57,007 nucleotides of DNA from a virus (Duplodnaviria > Caudoviricetes): the IMG/VR virus record IMGVR_UViG_3300028599_000005, positions 1 through 57,007 of that record; one strand, written 5' to 3'. Below the pieces are notes generated by a model. That model had not been told where the DNA came from. It did no database searches and saw only the letters and a program-made list of their open reading frames with translations. Of the stretch, positions 47,450 to 56,232 are shown piece by piece. Made by a program: the position numbers and the translations under genes. The first letter of the stretch is position 1; every line of letters begins with the position of its first letter.

Positions 47450-47496
47450 GCCAGACAAAGCCCTGCCTTGAAATACAGGCGGGGTTTTGTTATGGT
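47450..47496 (+). repeat. 47-bp terminator+promoter repeat, copy 2
   Basis: Same hairpin with loop changes; TTGAAA-17-TATGGT. Confidence 0.9.
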
Positions 47497-47499
47497 TAG

Positions 47500-47616
47500 G
47501 GCCTTAAGTCCTCGCCGCCACCGCGTTAAAGCGAGGCCCAAGTCCGGTTAGTGGGCCAATGGCTCGAAACTTGGCGCGGCAAGTCGCCTGGGTTGATCAC
47601 CCGGCGTGGATATGAC
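47500..47616 (+). ncRNA. Array RNA3 (divergent structured RNA)
   Basis: Lies between a promoter and the hairpin-promoter TGGACT-17-TATTAT (47626-47654); several stems; ends approximate. Confidence 0.45.
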
Positions 47617-47659
47617 CCGCCCCGCTGGACTTCACCGTCCGGCGGGGTTATTATTGGGC

Positions 47660-47729
47660 GTTGCGGCGGGGTGGAGCGCCCCGGAGAGGTGCCTTGCCGG
47701 TGTCCATCGCGGATGGCCCGGCCCGCGAC
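47660..47729 (+). ncRNA. Array RNA4 (minimal 70-nt tRNA-like)
   Basis: GTTGCGG/CCGCGAC, CGGGG-TGGAGCG-CCCCG, GCCGG/CCGGC. Confidence 0.65.
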
Positions 47730-47746
47730 AGCCCCCGTCCGGGCGA

Positions 47747-47793
47747 GCCAGACAAAGCCCTGCCTTGCAACATAGGCGGGGTTTTGTTATGGT
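47747..47793 (+). repeat. 47-bp terminator+promoter repeat, copy 3
   Basis: Identical to copy 1. Confidence 0.9.
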
Positions 47794-47799
47794 GCGGGC

Positions 47800-47932
47800 G
47801 TTGCGGCAAGGCGAAAGCGGATTAACCACCCACCCTAGCCTGTAAGGGAGGTCACGGCCTCGGTTTTTGGTTATGGTGGCCAATTTTACTGAGGTGGAAC
47901 GCTGGTTCCTTAAAATGACTCAGGCCCGCAAC
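47800..47932 (+). ncRNA. Array RNA5
   Basis: GTTGCGG...GGCCCGCAAC, then hairpin AGCCCCGGC/GCCGGGGCT. Confidence 0.6.
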
Positions 47933-47953
47933 AGCCCCGGCTCCGGCCGGGGC

Positions 47954-48271
47954 TTATTCTGTCGGCAGGCGTTTCCTATCCGGATCCCAAGGCGACCAGT
48001 CCTTCTTTTCGCTGGCAACATCCCTCTCCACGACGGCCACCGCCTGCATCATCACCGATGCGTGGTGGATCAGGTCGCGCTTGTCGTAGTAGTGTTTGTC
48101 GTCGCGGTACGGCCCTTTGTAGCAGACGGTATACCGGTCCTGTTCGACTGGCCGGTTGTGGCCATCGTTTTCGCCGACGCAGAAGAACGATACTCCACCG
48201 TCGCTTTCAATTCTGGCAAGGGCTACGCAGTCATCGCATCCGCGCGGGCAAGAATTCGGAATCGGTATCAA
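47954..48271 (-). CDS. Cys-rich hypothetical protein
   Basis: Coupled to the endolysin stop. Confidence 0.55.
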   Translation of the reverse strand: MIPIPNSCPRGCDDCVALARIESDGGVSFFCVGENDGHNRPVEQDRYTVCYKGPYRDDKHYYDKRDLIHHASVMMQAVAVVERDVASEKKDWSPWDPDRKRLPTE

Positions 48272-48666
48272 CTGTAGGTCCAGGTATGCGGCCTCGGCAT
48301 GTGCTGTTCCGGCGTCAGGTCGTCGAGATGCACGAAGCGTTTCTCGTACGGCCCGTGCTGCTTGGCGCCCAATCCGGTGAAGCCGAACCGGTCGGAATTG
48401 CCGATGATGCGGCGTGCCGGATTGCCGCTGGCCGCGATGTCCGCCGCGTGGCCCGTGGTGTGCGGGCCAGTCAGGCCCGTGGTGCTGATCGAGGCGTTGT
48501 AGTCCGGGCAGCGATAACCCGAGGATATCGTGAAGGGGAATCCGAGTTCGGCCCGAATCGTCTGCAACCGGTCCAGAAACTCAGGGTCCATATCGGCCTT
48601 GCCACAGCAACGGCAGGCAAATTCGGTTTCGGTGAAGTTAGTCCAGCGTGTCCAGTCGAGTGTCAT
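48268..48666 (-). CDS. Endolysin, peptidase M15 family
   Basis: EFACRCCG, SSGYRC..YN, H..GHAADI, FVHLD. Confidence 0.9.
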   Translation of the reverse strand: MTLDWTRWTNFTETEFACRCCGKADMDPEFLDRLQTIRAELGFPFTISSGYRCPDYNASISTTGLTGPHTTGHAADIAASGNPARRIIGNSDRFGFTGLGAKQHGPYEKRFVHLDDLTPEQHMPRPHTWTYS

Positions 48667-48711
48667 TTCAATCCTCCAGCCGCTCAACGCGGCGTTTCGG
48701 TTTCTCGAACA

Positions 48712-48969
48712 TCATGATCTCACCAATCTATAGCCCTCGCCAAACACTGCTTCGATGCGCAGCGACGAAATCAGTTTCGGCCGCAGCCGCCACATATGCG
48801 TGCTGATGGTTTTCCGGCAATTCAATGACCCGCCGTCGGAGTCATGTCCCCACAACTGGTCGGCAAGCCTCTCGATACTGCAATAACCAAACCCCAGCAA
48901 CTCGCGAAGAATGATCGCTTGATGGCCTACGACTGGCTTGGTCGTGCAGTCATAAAGCAGGACGCTCAT
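48712..48969 (-). CDS. OmpR-type winged-helix protein
   Basis: LADQLWG...TISTHMWRLRPKL...GEGYRL. Confidence 0.7.
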   Translation of the reverse strand: MSVLLYDCTTKPVVGHQAIILRELLGFGYCSIERLADQLWGHDSDGGSLNCRKTISTHMWRLRPKLISSLRIEAVFGEGYRLVRS

Positions 48970-49248
48970 CGTCTGGCCTGTCCTGCCAGCTCTGTCCCGC
49001 TGCCATCATGCAGGTCACGCCCGCGGGAGTCGTGTAGACCAGAGTCCAGGTTTCGCCGTCGTCCGACGCGATAAGCTCAATCAGGGTGCCGTTGGTGGCC
49101 AGGCCCGCGGCGACCGGCTTTTCCGAATATTTGCCTTCAAGGTGACCGAGAATTTCATCGCGCTCGCCGCAGGTCTGGGCATGGGCCGGCCACGAAAAAG
49201 CCGCGGCGAGGGCGGCGATTACGAGAAAGGGCGCGGAAAATGCCTCAT
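48950..49248 (-). pseudogene. Secreted-type protein gene with a 1-nt frameshift after codon 4
   Basis: ATG AGG CAT TTT, then the -1 frame gives SAPFLVIAALAAAFSWPAHAQTCGER...ETWTL...CMMAAG.SW. Confidence 0.55.
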
Positions 49249-49421
49249 CGCCGCCACCGCTTCACGAGGCCCTGAACCGTTCGGGTCTCGTATATCCTGA
49301 TGGCCAGCCAGAGAACTGACAGGGCGGCGGCAAGGTCCGGCAGCCAGTCCAGCCATGTGGCTCCCGCGACAGCAACAGCGGCGGCATCGGTGATGTGCTT
49401 GACGGGTTCCGGAACCGTCAT
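49245..49421 (-). CDS. Holin-like protein, 58 aa (not in ORF track)
   Basis: WLPDLAAALSVLWLAIRIYET motif with basic C-terminus. Confidence 0.65.
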   Translation of the reverse strand: MTVPEPVKHITDAAAVAVAGATWLDWLPDLAAALSVLWLAIRIYETRTVQGLVKRWRR

Positions 49422-49588
49422 CGGACTCGACTCGTTCGTGTACTGCGTGCAACTGTTGGGATAGCCATGGGCCGCACCTCCTTTGCGGTTGGTGGTTAGT
49501 TCCGGGCGGTCGTGTCAGGGCCGTCCGGGACGCTGCTTGGAAAATCTATTAGTTGCAAAACTATGCGTGCGTCCCCATTTATACCATT

Positions 49589-50053
49589 ATGAGGATGCAC
49601 GTTTTCTTTATCGGCCTTCTCCTGTGCGCGGCTCCGGCGTCGGCTGAACCCTACGGCAAAGTCAGCACATGGATTGCGAATATGGAAGCCGCGAGCTCGG
49701 AAAATCTCGGCGGCTCGATCGCGCTCGGTTACGATACCGGAACGTTTCGCTTCGAGGCCGAATTGAGCAACCACATGCACCTTGGAAACGCCACGATAGC
49801 CGCCATGTTGCAGGGTTGCGCCGATATCGGGGACTGGAGAGTTGAGCCGTATTTCTGCCTTGGCGCCGGATCCACAATCGAGGACCGGAAATTCGACAGC
49901 CTCGCAATTCAGGGAACGGCGGGGCTGGCATTCCCCGTAAACGACAGCGCCAAATTCACAACGGGGATAGTGCAGCGCTGCTACGGTCGCCTGGCCGATT
50001 TCTGCGATTCGCGGGATACAGCCGTCATTGCCGGGTTGCGTGCGAGTTTCTGA
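49589..50053 (+). CDS. Outer-membrane beta-barrel moron protein
   Basis: Signal peptide, GYD..FRFEAEL, PYFCLGAG, terminal GLRASF. Confidence 0.7.
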   Translation: MRMHVFFIGLLLCAAPASAEPYGKVSTWIANMEAASSENLGGSIALGYDTGTFRFEAELSNHMHLGNATIAAMLQGCADIGDWRVEPYFCLGAGSTIEDRKFDSLAIQGTAGLAFPVNDSAKFTTGIVQRCYGRLADFCDSRDTAVIAGLRASF

Positions 50054-50198
50054 CCAGTGATTAATTGCGTGACAAAAACCCTCTCAAATGCCGCAATGGT
50101 GGTTCTTGTTTTGCTCGCAATGCCCGTTCTGATTTTCTGGGCATCGCTGGTCGGGATGCGCATTACCGGCATATTGCCTCGTTCACGCCGACAGGCCG

Positions 50199-51665
50199 CT
50201 ACAACAACTCCAGATGGCGCTGATTCGCCTTGATGCTCAATGACGCATTCGCGGTGTCATGCTCTATCGTTACATTCAGCGCAAGGGCGGTGGTGGAATC
50301 CTCGGCAGCCGCGCCCCCGAAAGCTGCGGTCAGACTTGAACTTAGTGTGAGTTCGCCATAGCCGGTCGTCGCCGCGCCCGGAGCGGATATAATCAGGGTG
50401 CCGGTCAATGCCTGCACGGAGGTGCTGTCCACCGCCGATATCTCGTATGTAATGGCAAACCCACGGATATTCGTATCCAGGGGGATGGTCAGGCTGATAT
50501 CCTGATACATCGTGGTCGAGCCGTATTTGATGCGCAGTATAAAGGCCCGGCTGCCGCCAGAGTTATTGAAATATTCGCCAGCTATGAACCCCCGAATGAT
50601 CCCGTCCGTTCCCAGCGTATTTGCCGGGACAGTGAAATTGTATAAATCCGTTTCGGTAACCGTGTTGACGATCTCATTGGCCGAATTATCCCGGTCGAGA
50701 ACGGTCACGCTTGTGGGAGCGGCGTTGGCCGGGTCCATCAAGAGAAGTTGCATACCGTCATCCACGAAATGGTGAATCCCCGCAACCATTTCGCCGCCAA
50801 TCAGTGCAGCCCCGGTTCGGTGATCGAAAATGTTGCGCGCGGCTAGCCCAGAATTCACCATCGTCGCCGCGCCGGTATTGGCGTTGGCGATATCCACAAC
50901 CCATGCCTGATATTTCGCATAGGCCGTGATTGCCGGGACGGGCGTGATCACATAGGCGTTGACCGCGCCGGTGTCGTCGAAGGCGGTGAAGGTCTGGCCC
51001 TGGATATGCTCGCCGCCGATCGACCCCAACAGATTTAATTCGCGGATATCGTCGATGTCGGCAGCGACTATTTCCGTCATCCCGACGGTCGTTCGAATGC
51101 GCGCAACCGGCAGCTTGTCATCCGGAATCGTCGGATCGGTCGGGCTGGCGCTTTCAACGCCCGTCGTTGTTCCATCCGCCCCCGTCAGCCGGTCCATATA
51201 GACAATATCGTTTCGCGGGTTCGTGGTTGGCGCGACGACAAGGGCCGACGTCTGCGCCGCGACCACCGTAAGGGTCTTGTCAATGACATTGAATATCGAA
51301 CCCGCTCCCACCAGCACCGTCATATCCGCCGGGGACTGTGGGCTGGCCTTGAAGTCGTCGCCCGAGACTGCGGGATTGCCCTGCACCGGATCGAACGTGG
51401 TTCCTCCCGTCGGCGGGTCTGTATCCGTCGCCGAGGTCAGGATTATCTTGTAATCCTGCAACTGCAGCCAGATATCGCCAAACTCGCCATTGCCGTCGGC
51501 GACCATCGGGTTGTCATTTTCGGTCTCGGCCAACAGCCTCTCGTCCGGAAAGGTATCGAGCTTGGTCGTCGTGCCGGACTCATAGAAGAATAACTGCGCA
51601 CCGCTGACCGGCTTTCCGTTCAAGTCGAACCGCGTATACAGTGGCCAGGTCAATCGTACTGCCAT
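50199..51665 (-). CDS. Tailspike/tail fibre with head-binding N-terminus
   Basis: NGKPVSGAQLFFYESGTTT...NPMVADGNG...YKIIL. Confidence 0.8.
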   Translation of the reverse strand: MAVRLTWPLYTRFDLNGKPVSGAQLFFYESGTTTKLDTFPDERLLAETENDNPMVADGNGEFGDIWLQLQDYKIILTSATDTDPPTGGTTFDPVQGNPAVSGDDFKASPQSPADMTVLVGAGSIFNVIDKTLTVVAAQTSALVVAPTTNPRNDIVYMDRLTGADGTTTGVESASPTDPTIPDDKLPVARIRTTVGMTEIVAADIDDIRELNLLGSIGGEHIQGQTFTAFDDTGAVNAYVITPVPAITAYAKYQAWVVDIANANTGAATMVNSGLAARNIFDHRTGAALIGGEMVAGIHHFVDDGMQLLLMDPANAAPTSVTVLDRDNSANEIVNTVTETDLYNFTVPANTLGTDGIIRGFIAGEYFNNSGGSRAFILRIKYGSTTMYQDISLTIPLDTNIRGFAITYEISAVDSTSVQALTGTLIISAPGAATTGYGELTLSSSLTAAFGGAAAEDSTTALALNVTIEHDTANASLSIKANQRHLELL

Positions 51666-51785
51666 TCGTTACCTCATTGGGAAAGCGGCCCCGAAGGACC
51701 GTCTGGAATTTCCGGGTTGTTTTTCCCGTGACTTTCCCGTACGGGTCGGGATAGTGTCGCTGGCTCCAGAAGGATGGAGGGAGAC

Positions 51786-52133
51786 ATGCGATTTCTAGTG
51801 TTTATTGCCCTGCTTATCGTCGCGGGCTGTGAATCCGAGGCGGAACTGCGCGCCCAGGCGGCGGCGAACCGGGCGCGGATCGATGCCGGCGATCATAGAA
51901 CTTGCACCGGTTACGGGATGGATCTCGGCACGCCCGCCTATGCGGATTGTCGCTTGCGGCTCTCGCAGATCAGGGCGCAGAACCGGGCCGCCCGTAACGC
52001 CGCGGCGCTGCAATGGTACGGCATGCAACAGAGGCAACAGCCGGTCTATACCCCGCCACCGGCCAGGAAAGCGCCCATGACCACCAACTGCACCGACCTA
52101 GGCGGCGGCATGGTTACCTGCACGACCCAATGA
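51786..52133 (+). CDS. Lipoprotein moron
   Basis: Lipobox VAGC; C..YG...GT..YA.C motif. Confidence 0.75.
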   Translation: MRFLVFIALLIVAGCESEAELRAQAAANRARIDAGDHRTCTGYGMDLGTPAYADCRLRLSQIRAQNRAARNAAALQWYGMQQRQQPVYTPPPARKAPMTTNCTDLGGGMVTCTTQ

Positions 52134-52390
52134 CCGTTACCCACTGGATGATACTCATCCTCGCGCTGCTTGCCCTCGCCTGCCGCAAGCGGGTTATGGC
52201 GGTGTTGCGCTGGCACCCGGTCGTTCTCATTGGCAACGCCGCCGTGATAGCAAGCCTTGCCGGGTCTTATTTCTTCATGAGATGGATATTCGAACTATAC
52301 GCCTGGTGGGGCCTCGGCGGTATTTTACTTGCCGGGCTGTTCATCCATCTTTGGCATCGCTGGAAATACGGCTGCTGGCTCGGCGATTAA
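52130..52390 (+). CDS. Small multi-TM protein
   Basis: Three hydrophobic segments; ATGA overlap. Confidence 0.6.
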   Translation: MTVTHWMILILALLALACRKRVMAVLRWHPVVLIGNAAVIASLAGSYFFMRWIFELYAWWGLGGILLAGLFIHLWHRWKYGCWLGD

Positions 52391-54381
52391 CGAGTAATTT
52401 CCGCGCCGGAAAGACGCCCCGATTCCACAGCCGCGACACCAGCCGCCGGGTTGAGACTTTCAAACAGCCTCTGGGCCGAGAGCGCCCGTATAATCTGCCT
52501 GTTGACCTCGGGATCGTTGGTGAACAACGCCCTCGAAAGCGTTTCCGCCTGCTGCGGGGTCAACCCGTCTGCGCCACGACCAAACAATCCGCGGAGAAAG
52601 CGTCGCGCGGCGTTGCCGGTGTCGCCACGCGCGAGGTCGGACACCGCCCCGCCTACCTCTCCGGACAAGTCCGCTGCATCCGCCTGCCTCAGCTGGGTTT
52701 GAGACCCGGCGCCGGGACTGGCAATGGCACGGGACTGGAAAAGCTCCGCTTCCTGTTCCATGGTTTCGCGAAACGCTTTAAATGATTTCTGGTCCGGGAA
52801 TACGGCGCGCAATCTCTGGCGCTTCAACTCACTGCCGAAGACTCTCTTAACCGCATCCGCGCCGTCGGCGGTCTTGAATATCATGTCGCGAAGTTCGCGC
52901 GCCGCGCCCATGCGGAATGACAACTTTTCATCATCGGTCATTCTGGCAAGCTGACGCGTCGTGATTTCCTCGTCAGCGCGCATGAACCGGCGCCCGCGTT
53001 CCATCAGTTCGAGAGACCGGGACGGACCGGACCACGCGGCTCGCGCCGCCTTGTAATCCGGCGACAGGCGATCAAGAGCCTTGACATATTGCCGGCGCAG
53101 GCTGTCGACTCCTCGATTTACGTCGCCCGAAATTTTCCCCGTTACCGGATCGCGGCTGGTTTCCACCAGATCGTCCAGGCCGCGCTTGACGAAATCCAGT
53201 GTTTTCATGTCGCGAATTGCATCCGGGTTGATGATTTTCCCGCCATCGGGCCGCGTCGTAAAGAGGTTGTCGGCCAGATTCTCGCCTTCGTTCCGGGCAA
53301 TGGTCTGTGCGCGTCGCCATGCTCTTTCCAGGGCCGGACGCCGGAACAGCGATATCAATTCCTCGCTTGGTTCGATCTCCCGCGCATAAGCCTTCTCGTA
53401 CAGCGGCCTGGCGTTGGCGGACCGGATTCTGTGCAACTCGTCCACCGTCCCCGCAAAATCGCCCGTCGGGTCGAGCGCCTTGTTCACGGTTTCTGTGATT
53501 CTGGCCCCCTGGCCAGCCTGCCGCGCCTCAAGCGCGTCTGTGGCTATTTTAGAGGCCTTGCTGGGCGTTCCCGCAACGGCGCGGCCCAGTCGCCGCGTGT
53601 TGTTTCCAACGTCCACCAGACGCCCCTCAGGGCCAAGCTCGGATACCCTTCTGAACGCTTCGTCGGGCGTCAGGTCATCCCTTTGCAGCGCCTGGAGGAT
53701 TTTTTGCGCCGCGACACGAACGTCCTTGCCAAGCTTTGTCTTGGTAAAGCGCTTGATCGCGGCCTCCACGCCTTTTTTGGCCAAAGGAATTCCAACGCCA
53801 CCCAGGAAACCGCCCAGCGCCGCGCCGAATACCGCTCCGGAGGCCCGCTCTCCAGGAGCGGCGTTGCCGGCGCCCGACGCGGCTCCTGCCGTCGCTCCTA
53901 GCGTACCAAGCCTTACCGCACGCGGGACGCTTTGCAGCGCGGCAGAGCCAGTAACTGCCGCAGCGCCCGGCACCGCCCCGAGCATCTTGGTGCCGGCAAC
54001 CGCGCCGGCAACACCGCCGACAATCTCGGCCGTCAGTGCCGCGCCGGGCTCGCGCTCGCGAATGGCTTGATCCCGGCTCATTTCGGCGGCGAGATTTTCG
54101 TCAAAATCCTTCCCCGGTCCGGCACCGATCAGCGTATTGATGCCGGCTGAGATTTCATCCGCAAAACCAAACGTAGCACCGCTGGCCAGCATGCGAATAG
54201 TGTCATCTAGGGTTTCCAGCGAGCCGGGCGGCTCCGGTGGCAATACGGTCCCGAATACCGAAAGCGCGGGCTGCGGCTGGGCCGGTGCATCCACCACGAA
54301 GCCTTCCGGCAACGCATCGCCAGCAGGCTGTGTATCCAGAACAAACCCTTCCGGCAATGCCTCATTGGCAAATTCTGCCAT
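52387..54381 (-). CDS. DNA ejection protein (P22 gp16/gp20 position)
   Basis: LPEGFVLD repeats, GATFGFADEI, PLYEKAY, GSQT. Confidence 0.75.
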   Translation of the reverse strand: MAEFANEALPEGFVLDTQPAGDALPEGFVVDAPAQPQPALSVFGTVLPPEPPGSLETLDDTIRMLASGATFGFADEISAGINTLIGAGPGKDFDENLAAEMSRDQAIREREPGAALTAEIVGGVAGAVAGTKMLGAVPGAAAVTGSAALQSVPRAVRLGTLGATAGAASGAGNAAPGERASGAVFGAALGGFLGGVGIPLAKKGVEAAIKRFTKTKLGKDVRVAAQKILQALQRDDLTPDEAFRRVSELGPEGRLVDVGNNTRRLGRAVAGTPSKASKIATDALEARQAGQGARITETVNKALDPTGDFAGTVDELHRIRSANARPLYEKAYAREIEPSEELISLFRRPALERAWRRAQTIARNEGENLADNLFTTRPDGGKIINPDAIRDMKTLDFVKRGLDDLVETSRDPVTGKISGDVNRGVDSLRRQYVKALDRLSPDYKAARAAWSGPSRSLELMERGRRFMRADEEITTRQLARMTDDEKLSFRMGAARELRDMIFKTADGADAVKRVFGSELKRQRLRAVFPDQKSFKAFRETMEQEAELFQSRAIASPGAGSQTQLRQADAADLSGEVGGAVSDLARGDTGNAARRFLRGLFGRGADGLTPQQAETLSRALFTNDPEVNRQIIRALSAQRLFESLNPAAGVAAVESGRLSGAEITR

Positions 54382-54384
54382 AAT

Positions 54385-56232
54385 TTACTGTCCCGTTCTC
54401 AAATACGTTTCGATTTGCATGAGAATTTTCTCCTGGTCTGGCGTGTAAAAGTTTTCCCACTCGTTTGGTTTTGGAAGAAACATCGCGCCGAGATATTGAT
54501 CCAATCGATGCTGTTCAAACCACTCACCGAATGGGCGCCTCTCGACAGAACCAAAGTCGCCCGCAACGGCGCGTTGATACGCTTGGCGATCAACCGCTGT
54601 CTGCTCCGGCGTCATTGATGCGCGAAACTCTTCTCGCAGCGAGCGGGCCCTTGGATCAACGCGAACGAGATGGTGAAGAAAGTCTGCGGCGATTATATTG
54701 GTCAAGTCGGCGCCCTTGAACGCCGGGTCAAATACTTCGACCGTTGGGCGTCCTGGAAAGGGATTCCGTGCCTCTCCAGGGGCGTAAAATTCTAATTTTC
54801 GACCTTCGGATATTCCCTGTTCCCGGCTGTCAACGACCTTCAAATCAAACGGCGCAACAGCCTTAAATTCTTGTTTGACGCGATCCTCAATTTCATCGGT
54901 CAGTTTTTTTTTTGCGCCGCCGGGCAGATTGGGGGCAGCCCGAGACGGAACCCACTTACCACCCTGGAATATCAATTTCTCCCCAGTCGTCGGATTCGTC
55001 GCTGTTGCTCCTTCCTGTACGCTCGGTGCGGTTGCCGCAGCCGCCGGAGCAACGGTTGGAACTTGCGGCGCCTGTCCCGGACGATTGCCAGGCCCGTGAA
55101 CAATATCCAGAAGGGTTTCCCGCAAGCGCCGAAGATTGAATTTGAATGTGTCCTCGCTTTGGGCCTGATCGAGACTCCCGAAAACGGATTGCAGCAAACG
55201 GTTTTCGTTTTCCGAGACCTGACCCAATGCACCACCCGTCGGGGACGCTTCGCGCATCGCCTGGAGTTTATCGAAACCCACATTGGCCTTGATCGTATCC
55301 AGCAGCGCGGACAGGTCCTTGGCGGGGGTTCCCGGAACAAAAGACAGAAACGACCCGGCGCCGGTAACGGGGATGTTCGTTGTTTCAACAATATCGAGCG
55401 CCCGGTCGATATCTTGTGTTACGATATTCGACTGGACAACCCGGCCCTGCTGTGATTTCTCCGCTTTCTCCGCCGCGCCTTCCCGCTTCGCCTGTTCCGG
55501 TCCGCCGGCAATGGGAATTGCCACCGGGCTGGCAAAGCCTGTTGCCGGGTCGGTACGCAGCGCGATACTGCCGTCCGGCTCTCGCGCCCATACAAAATCC
55601 TTGGGAGGCTTGCCGAAGTCCTGCCCCTGTGGACCGGTATTAACGCTGACCAGGGGGCTTCCGGGCTTCCGTAGCGGCGTTCCTGCCGGCAAGAGACCGC
55701 GGTCAATATCGGCTTGCACCTTCCCGGGCGCGGATTGCGCGCTGTTTCTGTCCTCAACCATCTTGAAGAATTCGCCGATGTCGAGCGCCTGGAAGCCAAG
55801 CACCTTCAGGCGTGGTTCAAGGTCCGGCGAGTACTGCGGCGGCAGGTTCGAAACGTCGAGTCCGCTCTGGCCGGCCTGGGCGATCGCGGCTTGATAAGCG
55901 GCGGGCCGGTCCTGTGGGGCAGCGTTGAGCACGCCCAACACCAGCCGGGAAATATCCACCGCCCGTTTCTTGCTGTCAGCAAGTTCCGCCGCGTTCATCT
56001 TGCCGGCTACGTCGAGCAACTGAGCCGTGGCTTGCGGATCGAGGGCCGCACCCTCCTGAATCGATGCTTCGTCACCCGACAGGATACCCGGAGTAGCCGC
56101 GCGGAATCCCCTTCGATCCGAACGCGCCTGTTGCGCATCCTGCCGACGGTCCCGGAAGGCCCCGACCTGTTCCGCCGCGCCCGCGATGGCAGGCAGGTTC
56201 AGGTTCTGGATTTCGGTGTGAAATGGCATCAT
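54385..56232 (-). CDS. DNA ejection protein with C-terminal extension
   Basis: GFDKLQAMREASPTGGALGQVSE; TATNPTTGEK..GGKWVP followed by an extra ~185 aa. Confidence 0.75.
   Translation of the reverse strand: MMPFHTEIQNLNLPAIAGAAEQVGAFRDRRQDAQQARSDRRGFRAATPGILSGDEASIQEGAALDPQATAQLLDVAGKMNAAELADSKKRAVDISRLVLGVLNAAPQDRPAAYQAAIAQAGQSGLDVSNLPPQYSPDLEPRLKVLGFQALDIGEFFKMVEDRNSAQSAPGKVQADIDRGLLPAGTPLRKPGSPLVSVNTGPQGQDFGKPPKDFVWAREPDGSIALRTDPATGFASPVAIPIAGGPEQAKREGAAEKAEKSQQGRVVQSNIVTQDIDRALDIVETTNIPVTGAGSFLSFVPGTPAKDLSALLDTIKANVGFDKLQAMREASPTGGALGQVSENENRLLQSVFGSLDQAQSEDTFKFNLRRLRETLLDIVHGPGNRPGQAPQVPTVAPAAAATAPSVQEGATATNPTTGEKLIFQGGKWVPSRAAPNLPGGAKKKLTDEIEDRVKQEFKAVAPFDLKVVDSREQGISEGRKLEFYAPGEARNPFPGRPTVEVFDPAFKGADLTNIIAADFLHHLVRVDPRARSLREEFRASMTPEQTAVDRQAYQRAVAGDFGSVERRPFGEWFEQHRLDQYLGAMFLPKPNEWENFYTPDQEKILMQIETYLRTGQ

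Noticed and set aside
47247-47793. CRISPR array reading of the 47-bp repeats
   Set aside because: Intervening segments are 156 and 250 nt, structured and promoter-driven; no cas genes recognised
50199-51665. Diversity-generating retroelement at the tail fibre
   Set aside because: No reverse transcriptase or template repeat seen
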